A stretch of 26,862 bases of DNA from an uncultured Acidimicrobiales bacterium (GTDB lineage Bacteria; Actinomycetota; Acidimicrobiia; Acidimicrobiales; UBA10347): positions 372,001 to 398,862 of the forward strand of contig CALSSD010000006.1 of NCBI GenBank assembly GCA_943788915.1. The letters are read 5' to 3'. The notes beneath the pieces were generated by a model. That model saw only the letters and a program-made list of their open reading frames with translations. It did not search any database and was not told the origin of the DNA. Positions 9,940-18,796 of this stretch are shown here, in pieces. Numbering within the stretch: position 1 is the stretch's first letter; every line of letters begins with the position of its first letter. A program made the position numbers and the translations under genes.

Positions 9940-10857
9940 GTGACTAGTGAGCAGGTCGTGATATCGGCCTTCTACAAATTCGTGGCGCTCGACGACCATC
10001 AAGCGGTCCGCACCCAGTTGCTGGCCGTGGCCGAAGCGAACGATATGCGCGGTTCGGTTTTGGTCGCGCCCGAAGGCATCAACGGAACACTTGCTGGGTC
10101 GCGCACGAACACCAATGCCTTTTTCGACCAGGTGAGGTCCGATGCACGGTTGACCGACCTGGAAGTCAAGGAGTCCTTTTCCGACACGATGCCATTTTTG
10201 CGCATCAAGGTTCGGTTGAAGAAGGAGATAGTCACGTTCCGACAGCCAGTCGATCCAACGTCGAGAGTCGGGACGTACATCGCTGCTGAAGACTGGAATC
10301 AGGTGATCTCGCAACCAGACGTGTTGGTCATCGATACGCGCAACGAAGAAGAGGTCGCGCTAGGTACGTTCGCCAATGCCGTTGATCCCGGAACCACGTC
10401 GTTCACCGAGTTCGCCGACTTCGTTGCCACGCTCGATCCCGCCGAACACCCCCGAGTCGCCATGTTCTGTACTGGCGGCATTCGGTGCGAAAAGGCCTCG
10501 TCGTACATGCTTGACCAGGGTTTCGAAGATGTGATGCATCTCAAGGGCGGGATTCTTAAGTACCTCGAAGATGTCGAGGCTGATGAGTCACTGTGGCACG
10601 GCGAGTGTTTCGTCTTTGACGAACGGGTAACCGTTGACCACGAACTCGAACCGGGCGACTACACACTTTGTCGTGGATGCCGACGGGCTCTGTCGGCTGC
10701 GGATCGAGAGGACGTTGCGTTCGAAGAAGGTGTCTCGTGTCTCGCGTGCTTTCCTGATCTCACGACAGACCGTGCCTCCCGACTACGAGAGCGACAACAC
10801 CAGATCAAGCTCGCTCATGCACGGGGCGCGAAACACTTGGGTTGGAAACGACCGTAA
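9940..10857 (+). CDS. trhO: tRNA uridine(34) hydroxylase TrhO (YceA/UPF0176 rhodanese-related)
   Basis: FYKF, EGINGTLAG, RLKKEIVT, IDTRN, MFCTGGIRCEKAS, HLKGGILKYLE and GECFVFDERV motifs. Confidence 0.93.
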   Translation: MTSEQVVISAFYKFVALDDHQAVRTQLLAVAEANDMRGSVLVAPEGINGTLAGSRTNTNAFFDQVRSDARLTDLEVKESFSDTMPFLRIKVRLKKEIVTFRQPVDPTSRVGTYIAAEDWNQVISQPDVLVIDTRNEEEVALGTFANAVDPGTTSFTEFADFVATLDPAEHPRVAMFCTGGIRCEKASSYMLDQGFEDVMHLKGGILKYLEDVEADESLWHGECFVFDERVTVDHELEPGDYTLCRGCRRALSAADREDVAFEEGVSCLACFPDLTTDRASRLRERQHQIKLAHARGAKHLGWKRP

Positions 10858-11696
10858 TGGCATCACAGGCTGTCCGAGACCTGTTGTGGGTCGTCAACAG
10901 TCCATCATTCGTGCGGGGCAGTGCCGTTGCATCGCCCGCAGTACTCCAGGCAGAACAGATCGATCCTGATGCCTTGCAACGGTTTCTTGGCGAGGACCCA
11001 CCACATCGAGTGGGCCGGTACTTCGAACAACTCGTGCATTACTGGCTTGTTCATGTCCGGGGCGTCGAACTGCTTGGTGCCGGGCTCCAGATCCGCAACG
11101 GCAAACGCACGATTGGTGAACTCGACTTCGTCTACCGAGATGAAGATGGCGTGGTGGTGCACTGCGAGGTTGCGGTGAAGTTCTTCCTCCACCATCCACG
11201 TCATGGCCATAGTGACTTTCCTGGGCCGAACGCATCCGACAACTTCGAGCTCAAGACCAACAAGCTGTTCGAACAGCAACTGGAGCTCAGTCGTGAGCAC
11301 TTTCCTGCGGTTGAACGACGCCAAGCGTTCGTCAAGGGCATGGTGTTCTACCGATCACGTCGACCTGATGAATTACCAGAACGTATGAGCCCCAACCATG
11401 CTTCGGGAAAGTGGATCTACGCCGATGACCTTGATCAGCTCCAGCAACATGCGGCTGCCGGAGGCATCATTGTCACGAAACCACATTGGCTCGCTCCGCT
11501 CGCCGGTGCTGCTATCACGGACATGTTGTCGCTCGTTGCTGATCTACGGACGCATTTCGCTGGGGATCGTGGACATCCCGTCATGATCAGCTTGAGCGAC
11601 GGCTCTACGACCGAAGAGATCGAGCGGATGTTTGTTGTGCCGCAGCACTGGCCTGAGCTAGAGGCCGAGCGCCTGCTTGGTACGGTCGAGAAGTGA
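10857..11696 (+). CDS. DUF1853 family protein (predicted PD-(D/E)xK-like fold)
   Basis: VRDLLWVVNSP, RVGRYFEQL, TIGELDF, HCEVAVKFFL and GPNASD motifs. ATG overlaps the trhO stop (TAATG). Confidence 0.85.
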   Translation: MASQAVRDLLWVVNSPSFVRGSAVASPAVLQAEQIDPDALQRFLGEDPPHRVGRYFEQLVHYWLVHVRGVELLGAGLQIRNGKRTIGELDFVYRDEDGVVVHCEVAVKFFLHHPRHGHSDFPGPNASDNFELKTNKLFEQQLELSREHFPAVERRQAFVKGMVFYRSRRPDELPERMSPNHASGKWIYADDLDQLQQHAAAGGIIVTKPHWLAPLAGAAITDMLSLVADLRTHFAGDRGHPVMISLSDGSTTEEIERMFVVPQHWPELEAERLLGTVEK

Positions 11697-12110
11697 ACTC
11701 TCTGCCGCGCTAATGCGGACGCCGTCTTCTTTGGATGTGTTCGCGACCTGGTGCGCAATGTCGAACACCCACGACTTGTACGCCGTGGATTCGTCGGGTT
11801 CGGCCCGCTGGTCGAGGACACCAGAGATGGTTGAGCAGGCTCGAACAGCGACGTCGGCTAGCAGTTCGGGTGCGTGATCTTCGAACTCGTCGATCTTGTG
11901 TTTCACATCGATGGTGCTCGCTGCTTCGATGAGTGACCGGGCGGCGTTGTCAGGGGCTTGTTCTGCGATGCTGTGTATGAGCGTGCGGATTTCGCGGAAG
12001 CTGCCGATCCGGCCGCTGTCTTCGGCTTTGGCCACGGCGAAACCGACAAGTACCGGCAACACTGCGATGTCGTTCCACTCGTTGTTGGTGAAGTCGAACT
12101 GGCTGGTCAT
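11658..12110 (-). CDS. Hypothetical helical protein (150 aa)
   Basis: Protein-like sequence from MTSQFDFTNNEW to AESSLLDRTKQALGL; converges on and overlaps the DUF1853 gene by 39 bp. Confidence 0.75.
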   Translation of the reverse strand: MTSQFDFTNNEWNDIAVLPVLVGFAVAKAEDSGRIGSFREIRTLIHSIAEQAPDNAARSLIEAASTIDVKHKIDEFEDHAPELLADVAVRACSTISGVLDQRAEPDESTAYKSWVFDIAHQVANTSKEDGVRISAAESSLLDRTKQALGL

Positions 12111-12255
12111 AGTGGCTAACACTAGTTGCGTTGGACCGATGCGCAGTGACGGCTCCTCAATGAGTGCAATGTGGTGGTGGGGGTGCGGTTCCCGTACGAG
12201 AAGTCTGGAACACAACCTGGGCGCGTGAAGGAGCGTTGTCTGTTCGGCGATCTCG

Positions 12256-14742
12256 TTACTTGCGGCCAACTCCCACGTATTCCTCGGGGAGAAGTTCTCG
12301 GCGGTTGTCCTTGAGACCATCGTCGGTCTGAGAGCGGGTTGTGCCAGCAGCTTCGATCTTGCCGTCGGCCATGTCGTAGCCCGTGGTTCGTTGACGGGCG
12401 GTGCGACCCAGCGGGGCAGCCAGTGCCTTGAAGTCGGCCTCGGTCAGACCCTGGCCGTGCATGGCCCCTGCGGCTCGACTGATGTTCTCGTCCATGAGCG
12501 TGCCACCAAGATCGTTGGCGCCGGCTTGCAGGATCTGATGGGCGCCTTCGACGCCGATCTTGGTCCACGACAGCTGGATGTTGTCGATCCAGCCGTGGTA
12601 GGCAATGCGGCCAACCGCGTGCATAAGCAGGATCTCACGGAAGGTCATGCCGCGACGGGCTTGACGCTGCAGATAGATAGGCGACGCCATGTGCACGAAC
12701 GGCAACGGGATGAACTCGGTGAAGCCACCCGTGCGCTTCTGAAGCGCCCGGGTTCGGACCATATGGCGGGCCCAGCTAATGGGCTGTTCGATAGAACCGC
12801 ACATGATGGTGATGTTCGAATGCAGACCGATCGAGTGAGCTGCTTCGTGGACTTCGAGCCATTCGTCGGTATTTACCTTGTCCGAACACAGGATGGCTCG
12901 CACCTCGTCGTCAAGGATCTCAGCTGCGGTACCGGGAAGCGAAGCCAACCCTGCGTCTTTCAGCATTTGCAGGTATTCGACCAGGGGAACGTCGAGTCGT
13001 TTGGCGCCTTCGTGCACTTCGAGAGCGGTGAAGCCGTGTACGTGGAGATCAGGGACAGACTCTTTGACGGCCCGAGTGACTTCGATGTAGTAATCGCCAT
13101 CGAAGCTCGGATGAATACCACCCTGCAAGGTGACTTCGGTTGCACCGAGCTCGGCGGCTTCGACGCAACGTTCTTGCATCTGTTCTAGCGTGAGCAGGTA
13201 CGGATTGCCACGAAGGTTCAGCGATAGAGGACCCTTGGAGAATCCACAGAAACGACACTTGAACGTGCACACGTTTGTGTAGTTGATGTTGCGGTTATGG
13301 ACCCACGTGACCACATCGCCTACAGCTTGTTTGCGTAGGTCGTCGGCCAGTTCAGCAACCGCCGCGACCTCTGGGCCACGAGCGGAGAACAACGTGACGA
13401 TTTCAGCTTCGCCGACCTCTTGGCCGGCACGAACACCGGCAAGCACTTCGCCGACTGCGCCACCTGCAGAGGCATGGCTCGGGATCAGTACGGGTGGGGG
13501 ATTGTCGGCGCCGGAGTACCAGACAGTGGATTTGTCACCAATGACGACGACATCGGCGCCATCTTCGACCTTGGCGGCTTCCATGGTGCGTTCAGGGAAA
13601 ATGGCACCTGGGTCGTCGCGACCGAGCCCCTCGGCATCGGAGCGGTCCATGACCAAGAAGCGGTTGGCGTCGTCGAGCCAACGGTCTGGCTCGAGGGCAA
13701 ACTCTGGGTAGATGGTGAGCCGTGGCGCAAGCACATGGCCTTTGGCTTCGGTCAGTGCTGCCAAACGGTCGAGCGCAGGCCAGGGCCGTTCGGGATTTAC
13801 ATGGTCGGCGGTAACCGGTGACACGCCGCCCCAGTCATCGATGCCAGCGTCGAGTAACACGCCGAAGTCGTCAGACAGGTTGGGCGGAGCTTGGAGATGG
13901 ATATCGGCAGGAAGGATCAGCCGTGCAAGAGCGATGGCCTGCAGGTAGTCGTCGTGATCACACGGCGGCCATAGGTGCATCGATGTACCGTCTTTCGGCA
14001 GGAAGTTCTGCACGATGACTTCTTGCACATGACCGTGGCGGCGGTGTGATGCAGCGATGGCTTCGAGGGCCTCGATGCGGTCCTGGAGCGACTCGCCAAT
14101 ACCCACGAGGATCCCGGTGGTAAACGGGATCTGGAGTTCACCAGCCCACTCAAGGGTGTCCAAACGACGTTGTGGTTCTTTGTCAGGGGCGCCACGGTGG
14201 GCTTTGAGGTTCGGGTTCAGCGACTCGATCATCATGCCTTGGCTCGGCGAGACCTCGCGCAACCGAGCGAGTTCGTCGGCGTACAGGGCGCCAGCGTTGG
14301 CGTGGGGCAGCAGTCCGGTCTCGTTGCGAACCATTTCGCACATAGCAACGAGGTAGTCAACGGTGGTTTCGTAGCCGTTGTCTCGCAGCCATTCCTGCGC
14401 GATTGGGTAACGAAGTTCAGGTCGCTCACCCAGGGTGAATAACGCCTCGTGCGTGCCGACCTTTGCACCCTGGCGTGCGATCTTTAGGACCTCGCGGGGA
14501 CTAAGGAATGGCGATTCGAGACGGGCTGGAGGTTGGGCAAAGGTGCAGTATCCACACTTGTCCTGGCATAACATCGTGAGCGGGATGAACACCTTGGGGG
14601 AGTACGTGACCCTGGTTCCGTAGGTGTCGTCGCGGACCTGACGTGCCCGAGCGAGTAGCTCGGTGAACGGCAGTTCCAGTAGCGCTGCACTGTTGGTTGC
14701 ATCGCTGCTGGGGCTGTTGTGGGAGTGGTGAGTGGTAGTCAC
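12256..14742 (-). CDS. fbiC: Bifunctional FO synthase (CofG-CofH fusion), F420 biosynthesis
   Basis: Two radical-SAM CxxxCxxC motifs (CQDKCGYC, CTFKCRFC), plus TYSPKVFIPLT, GIDDWGGVSPVTADHVNPERPWP and GANDLGGTLMDENISRAAG. GTG 14742 is 1 bp after the HxlR stop. Confidence 0.95.
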   Translation of the reverse strand: MTTTHHSHNSPSSDATNSAALLELPFTELLARARQVRDDTYGTRVTYSPKVFIPLTMLCQDKCGYCTFAQPPARLESPFLSPREVLKIARQGAKVGTHEALFTLGERPELRYPIAQEWLRDNGYETTVDYLVAMCEMVRNETGLLPHANAGALYADELARLREVSPSQGMMIESLNPNLKAHRGAPDKEPQRRLDTLEWAGELQIPFTTGILVGIGESLQDRIEALEAIAASHRRHGHVQEVIVQNFLPKDGTSMHLWPPCDHDDYLQAIALARLILPADIHLQAPPNLSDDFGVLLDAGIDDWGGVSPVTADHVNPERPWPALDRLAALTEAKGHVLAPRLTIYPEFALEPDRWLDDANRFLVMDRSDAEGLGRDDPGAIFPERTMEAAKVEDGADVVVIGDKSTVWYSGADNPPPVLIPSHASAGGAVGEVLAGVRAGQEVGEAEIVTLFSARGPEVAAVAELADDLRKQAVGDVVTWVHNRNINYTNVCTFKCRFCGFSKGPLSLNLRGNPYLLTLEQMQERCVEAAELGATEVTLQGGIHPSFDGDYYIEVTRAVKESVPDLHVHGFTALEVHEGAKRLDVPLVEYLQMLKDAGLASLPGTAAEILDDEVRAILCSDKVNTDEWLEVHEAAHSIGLHSNITIMCGSIEQPISWARHMVRTRALQKRTGGFTEFIPLPFVHMASPIYLQRQARRGMTFREILLMHAVGRIAYHGWIDNIQLSWTKIGVEGAHQILQAGANDLGGTLMDENISRAAGAMHGQGLTEADFKALAAPLGRTARQRTTGYDMADGKIEAAGTTRSQTDDGLKDNRRELLPEEYVGVGRK

Positions 14743-14743
14743 A

Positions 14744-15244
14744 TTATTCCTGTCGGCCGGGGCCGGGACGAGATCGGATATGGCTTGGCCCCACGGTTTC
14801 ATCACACGTGGGACACAGAAGAACTTGTTCGAGGGGGGTCGCACATACGTCGTGTACGAGCAATGTGGGCGGCTGGCCGTCGGCAGCCCAACGGTCGCCC
14901 CAACCCATGAGCGCAACCAGTGACGGCGACAGATCCATACCTTTGGGCGTGAGTCGATACTCGAACCGGAGTGGGCGATCCTGATACGGGACTTTGTGCA
15001 AAATGTCAGCGTCGACCAGGCGGGTGAGTCGATCGGTCAGCAGGTTTCGTGCAATACCGAGGTCGTCACGAAGCTGGCCAAAGCGATGAACACCCCGAAA
15101 GATGTCACGCATGATGAGCAGGGTCCAGCGGTCACCGACGAGATCGAGCGTTGCCTTGATGGAACAGGTACCAGGATCTGTGGCGTCCAGGTCGGTGGTA
15201 GCTCGGGCGGTGGCGTTGACCGCGGGTTTTGCTGGTGAACTCAT
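14744..15244 (-). CDS. HxlR-family winged-helix transcriptional regulator
   Basis: CSIKATLDLVGDRWTLLIMRD, LGIARNLLTDRL, EYRLTPKG, LMGWGDRW and a C-terminal H-x2-C...CPTC extension. Confidence 0.93.
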   Translation of the reverse strand: MSSPAKPAVNATARATTDLDATDPGTCSIKATLDLVGDRWTLLIMRDIFRGVHRFGQLRDDLGIARNLLTDRLTRLVDADILHKVPYQDRPLRFEYRLTPKGMDLSPSLVALMGWGDRWAADGQPPTLLVHDVCATPLEQVLLCPTCDETVGPSHIRSRPGPGRQE

Positions 15245-15248
15245 AGCG

Positions 15249-15287
15249 AGTTGCAACTTTAAACTTAGTCGGTCTTGAAACGCAACT
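15249..15287. promoter_or_regulatory. Candidate tandem operator sites upstream of hxlR
   Basis: AGTTGCAACTTTAAACT (15249-15265, contains the palindrome AGTTGCAACT) and GGTCTTGAAACGCAACT (15271-15287) share the AGTTGC/GCAACT half-site. Confidence 0.45.
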
Positions 15288-15394
15288 TAGCTCGCAACAT
15301 GGACAAGACAAAACATGCCGGGACAAGGAGACGCCGAAGGAGCTGTCAGCCGCCCGTCATGTTCTCCAACCAAGAAACGGTCTAGATTGCGTTG

Positions 15395-16708
15395 ATGTCT
15401 CAGACCACAGCCTCGCACGGGTATGACGCCATAGTGATTGGTGCTGGCGTAATGGGAGCATCGATCACGCTCGAACTCTCGCGCAGCGGCCGCAGGGTTG
15501 TGTGCGTCGACGCTGGCCCAGCAGTAGGAGCGGGGTCCACGAGTTCGTCGTCGGCGATCATCCGATTCAATTACTCCACCTTCGACTCCGTGCTCACGGC
15601 GTGGGAAGCAGCCCATCGTTGGAAGGACTTCGCCCGCCACCTGGGCATGACCGATCCCGACGGCATGGCCAACCTGATAACCACGGGTTGCCTGGCACTC
15701 GACACCCCGGGCGACAATCGGCCACAGGTGAGCGCAATCTTTCGCGACATCGGGATTCCGTTCGAAGACCTGACCGGAGGCCAGATCCAAGCCAGAATGC
15801 CTGCGTTGGCCAAGGGTGACTTCTGGCCGCCTCGGCCGGTTGACGATCCCCAGTTCGCCGACGAACCCACCAAGGACATTGCCGGCTACTACACGACAGA
15901 AGGCGGTTTCATCGACGACCCGATGCGGGCTGCTCAGAATTTCATGTTCGCAGCACGCTCCCACGGAGCCGAGGTCCGACTTCACTCGGCGGTCGTCGAG
16001 ATTCCCCAGAGCGATGGCAAGGTTGATGGTGTCGTGCTTGCCTCAGGCGAACACATCAGTGCGCCGGTCGTCATCAATGTTGGCGGTCCAGCGGCGTCTG
16101 CACTCAATCGGCTCGCGGGCGTAGCCGACGAAATGAATATCTCCAGCCGACCAATGCGTCAGGAAGTTCATGTCGTGCCTGCGCCCGACTCCTTCACAAC
16201 GGAAACCGGTTCGTTGGTCAGTGACCCGGGTGTGGGTGTCTACTTCCGTCCTGGGCCTGGTGGCACCGTGCTGATTGGTAGCTCCGAACCGGCGTGCGAT
16301 GAGCTGCAATGGATCGACGATCACACCAATTTCGTGAACACACCCACCCCGGAGCTGTTCGAGGCCCAGGTTCTTCGCGCCGCCCGGCGACTACCCGACA
16401 TGCGTATTCCGCTTGCCCCCGTAGGCCTGGCTGACCTGTACGACGCCAGCGACGATTGGGCGCCGTTATATGACAAAAGCAGCCTGAGCGGCTTCTTCAT
16501 GGCCTGCGGCACCAGCGGAAATCAGTTCAAGAACGCGCCAATGGTCGGCTACTTTCTCCGGGCATTGGTCGATGCCCACGATGCCGGCCAGGATCATGAC
16601 CAGAATCCGGTGCGGGTAACTGGGGAGCTCACCGGTCGTGAGATCAACCTGGCTGCCTTTTCCCGGCTCCGAGAGATGACGAACACCAGCAACTCTGTTC
16701 TGGGCTAA
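15395..16708 (+). CDS. FAD-dependent oxidoreductase, sarcosine oxidase beta/DAO-like
   Basis: IVIGAGVMG, GSTSSSSAIIR, LYDASDDWAP and GTSGNQFKNAP motifs. ATG lies 6 nt after TAGATT. Confidence 0.9.
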   Translation: MSQTTASHGYDAIVIGAGVMGASITLELSRSGRRVVCVDAGPAVGAGSTSSSSAIIRFNYSTFDSVLTAWEAAHRWKDFARHLGMTDPDGMANLITTGCLALDTPGDNRPQVSAIFRDIGIPFEDLTGGQIQARMPALAKGDFWPPRPVDDPQFADEPTKDIAGYYTTEGGFIDDPMRAAQNFMFAARSHGAEVRLHSAVVEIPQSDGKVDGVVLASGEHISAPVVINVGGPAASALNRLAGVADEMNISSRPMRQEVHVVPAPDSFTTETGSLVSDPGVGVYFRPGPGGTVLIGSSEPACDELQWIDDHTNFVNTPTPELFEAQVLRAARRLPDMRIPLAPVGLADLYDASDDWAPLYDKSSLSGFFMACGTSGNQFKNAPMVGYFLRALVDAHDAGQDHDQNPVRVTGELTGREINLAAFSRLREMTNTSNSVLG

Positions 16709-16730
16709 GAATCAGGCGCACTGTGGGTTG

Positions 16731-17600
16731 ATGGTCTTTGGGAGCAGCGTCTTCCGACGCACGACAACCCCGTCAACGTCGGCTGCTCCGTTTGCGCTGC
16801 CCGACCTCTGGCCACAGCAACGTGATCATGCCCGTGCGCAGGTCGGCGTGCTGGTCTACCAGGGTGTCACGACTGCCGAGATCGACGAACCAGCGCGAAC
16901 ACTGGCCGATGGTCTCGACGCTGATGTGGTGCATATTGCGGTGGCCGCTGAACCGGTTGTAGGTGTCGAACCCGTTCGCACCGTGCAGGTGACAGTCACC
17001 ACGTCTGATCCCCGGGCGCTGCGCAATGACGTGCTGGTCATTCCTGGCGGTTTGGGCTGGGAGCGGCTGGTGGACGACCTCGGGTTGATGGCCTGGGTTA
17101 CGCACGCATCGAAGGCAGCACAGGGAGTATTGGCGATCTCTACCGGCAGCCTGATCCTTGCGTCCGCCGGTCGGTTGGCAGGCCATGCCGCAACTGGACA
17201 CTGGCTCGCTCGTGATGCGTTGTCAGCACTCGGCGCTCAGGTCCACACTGGTCGCACCGCTCAGAGTGAAGATCACCGGACGGTCACCGCCGCAGGAGCC
17301 CTATCGGCTATCGAGGCTGCAGCCGAATTAGCCGAGCGAGTGCGGTGGGGCTCCGGCCTAGGCCTGGTTCGTGTCGTCACCGGGTTCATCGAGCGCCGTG
17401 AGGTCGGCAGGTACATCGACCGCGTGTTCACGCAGTATCTCGAGGGGCACGATCTGGGTTGCGAGTTCGTGCGTGCTGGCAAGCACGACCGGGGCAGCGG
17501 CGCCGTCCATATGGGCCCGAAGCCAGTTGGCTGCGGTCACGCACCATCGATCGCCAGGATTCAGACCCGGGAATCCGTACTGCGGTGCAGGCGTGCCTAG
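16731..17600 (+). CDS. DJ-1/PfpI family protein (catalytic Cys replaced by Ser; frame runs on antisense into the next gene)
   Basis: VGVLVYQGVT, DVLVIPGG, AISTGSLILASAG, ATGHW and TVTAAG motifs. Domain-like sequence ends near 17357. Confidence 0.75.
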   Translation: MVFGSSVFRRTTTPSTSAAPFALPDLWPQQRDHARAQVGVLVYQGVTTAEIDEPARTLADGLDADVVHIAVAAEPVVGVEPVRTVQVTVTTSDPRALRNDVLVIPGGLGWERLVDDLGLMAWVTHASKAAQGVLAISTGSLILASAGRLAGHAATGHWLARDALSALGAQVHTGRTAQSEDHRTVTAAGALSAIEAAAELAERVRWGSGLGLVRVVTGFIERREVGRYIDRVFTQYLEGHDLGCEFVRAGKHDRGSGAVHMGPKPVGCGHAPSIARIQTRESVLRCRRA

Positions 17601-17783
17601 TGTGTTCCCGATGCTGGCCTGGTGATCCAGGAACTCACGGCTGACCACGGCACAGATCGTGTGGCTCCCAACGTCGCCGGGATCGGTGTTACAGCAGCCA
17701 TCGCGGTGCCAACCGGTCATCGGTTCGGTGCCGCACGGTTCAAGTGGGTCACCGAGCACGTTGCGGGCTTCAGGAGCGTTCAT
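17358..17783 (-). CDS. DUF2237 family protein
   Basis: NVLGDPLEPC, PMTGWHRDGCC, GSHTICA, FPGLNPGDRWCV and APVVLASTHE motifs. Confidence 0.92.
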   Translation of the reverse strand: MNAPEARNVLGDPLEPCGTEPMTGWHRDGCCNTDPGDVGSHTICAVVSREFLDHQASIGNTLGTPAPQYGFPGLNPGDRWCVTAANWLRAHMDGAAAPVVLASTHELATQIVPLEILREHAVDVPADLTALDEPGDDTNQA

Positions 17784-17861
17784 AGTCTGAGTATCGCGCT
17801 AGTTGCTCGTTTGGAACGTGATGTAGTGCTACCCGTGTGTCCGGTGAGCTGGCCAGATTGG

Positions 17862-18143
17862 CTAGCTCAGCCCAGCTTTGTTGCGTAACCAACGCCATTG
17901 CAGTGCTCTGCGTACCACCAGAAATACGTACACGACGCCTACCGCAACAACCGGCCAACCGATCAAGGCGATCCAGGTCGCAAGGAAAACGCCGAGCGCG
18001 ATGATGGCGAGGCCCACGGTTGCATCAGCTAGAAGCACGGCTTTCCAGTTGGGCGCAAAAGTTGCGGTGCGAGCGTGACGGAGCATGGGCCCAACGTCGA
18101 GTGCCTCGAGGTCGATGGGTTCGGTTCGTTCGTCACCGTTCAT
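17862..18143 (-). CDS. Small membrane protein (2 predicted TM helices)
   Basis: Two hydrophobic stretches (VGLAIIALGVFLATW; IGWPVVAVGVVYVFLVV) and a basic tail; start at ATG 18143. Confidence 0.7.
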   Translation of the reverse strand: MNGDERTEPIDLEALDVGPMLRHARTATFAPNWKAVLLADATVGLAIIALGVFLATWIALIGWPVVAVGVVYVFLVVRRALQWRWLRNKAGLS

Positions 18144-18200
18144 GACGGATGAAGCGCTTGGAAGTCGATACGCCAAAGATAGCGAATCACTGAGCGCTGA

Positions 18201-18406
18201 ATGGACCTAGTGCTCCGGGAGTTGGTTGGCGTTTCGATAATGTCGTCCGCCAACGTGCACCGTGCGGCTCTAGTAATCGGCAGCGGCAGGAACGGAAAAT
18301 CGACGTTCCTCAGGGTGATTGAGGCGCACGTGGGCAGTAAATACTGCTCAAACGTGACATGCAGGACATGGACAAGAACTGCTTCGCAAGCTTGACTAAG
18401 CTGTGA
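18201..18406 (+). pseudogene. Fragment of phage/plasmid P4/D5-type primase-helicase (SF3 ATPase), frameshifted
   Basis: RAALVIGSGRNGKSTFLRVIEAHVG..CSNVT (Walker A). After a 1-nt slip at about 18360 it continues QDMDKNCFAS, resembling the D5-family L(Q)DL..NRF segment. Confidence 0.7.
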
Positions 18407-18417
18407 TAGGAATCACT
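18402..18417. promoter_or_regulatory. CRP/GlxR-like site
   Basis: TGTGA-TAGGAA-TCACT matches 9 of 10 positions of TGTGA-N6-TCACA; 22 bp before ATG 18440. Confidence 0.45.
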
Positions 18418-18439
18418 TGTCAAAGCGGAAGGAATTCTT

Positions 18440-18796
18440 ATGCAAGAAACTATGTGGAGCGACTTAGGTGACCAGGCTGCTGCAAATCAAAGGGGAAACA
18501 CACTCACGTACATGGTTGCTAACGCTGCATTGACCGCCACGGTTGTTTTTGGCGAAGCGGCAGATTATTCATTTCTGTTGATCGTGAGCGCTATCGGCGT
18601 CGGTCTATTTGGGATACTTAGTTTCGAGAATTCACAGCAAAGCTTTATGGGTTTGGTGAAGGGCATGCCTGCTTCTGTGGCGGCTACGCCGATGGGCGAG
18701 GCTGCTAAGAAAACGCCGTTCACCTTGTTTCGGATGGCTAATACCGTTATTTGCGGACTCATTGCGATAGCGCAAATCATCGCTGTTACCGGCTAA
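18440..18796 (+). CDS. Hypothetical membrane protein (118 aa, about 3 hydrophobic helices), lower GC
   Basis: SD-like GGAAGGA upstream, intact ORF and protein-like composition. Confidence 0.75.
   Translation: MQETMWSDLGDQAAANQRGNTLTYMVANAALTATVVFGEAADYSFLLIVSAIGVGLFGILSFENSQQSFMGLVKGMPASVAATPMGEAAKKTPFTLFRMANTVICGLIAIAQIIAVTG

Noticed and set aside
14743..14916. N-terminal extension of fbiC in the ORF track
   Set aside because: Lies inside the hxlR coding region; GTG 14742 right after the hxlR stop is more plausible.
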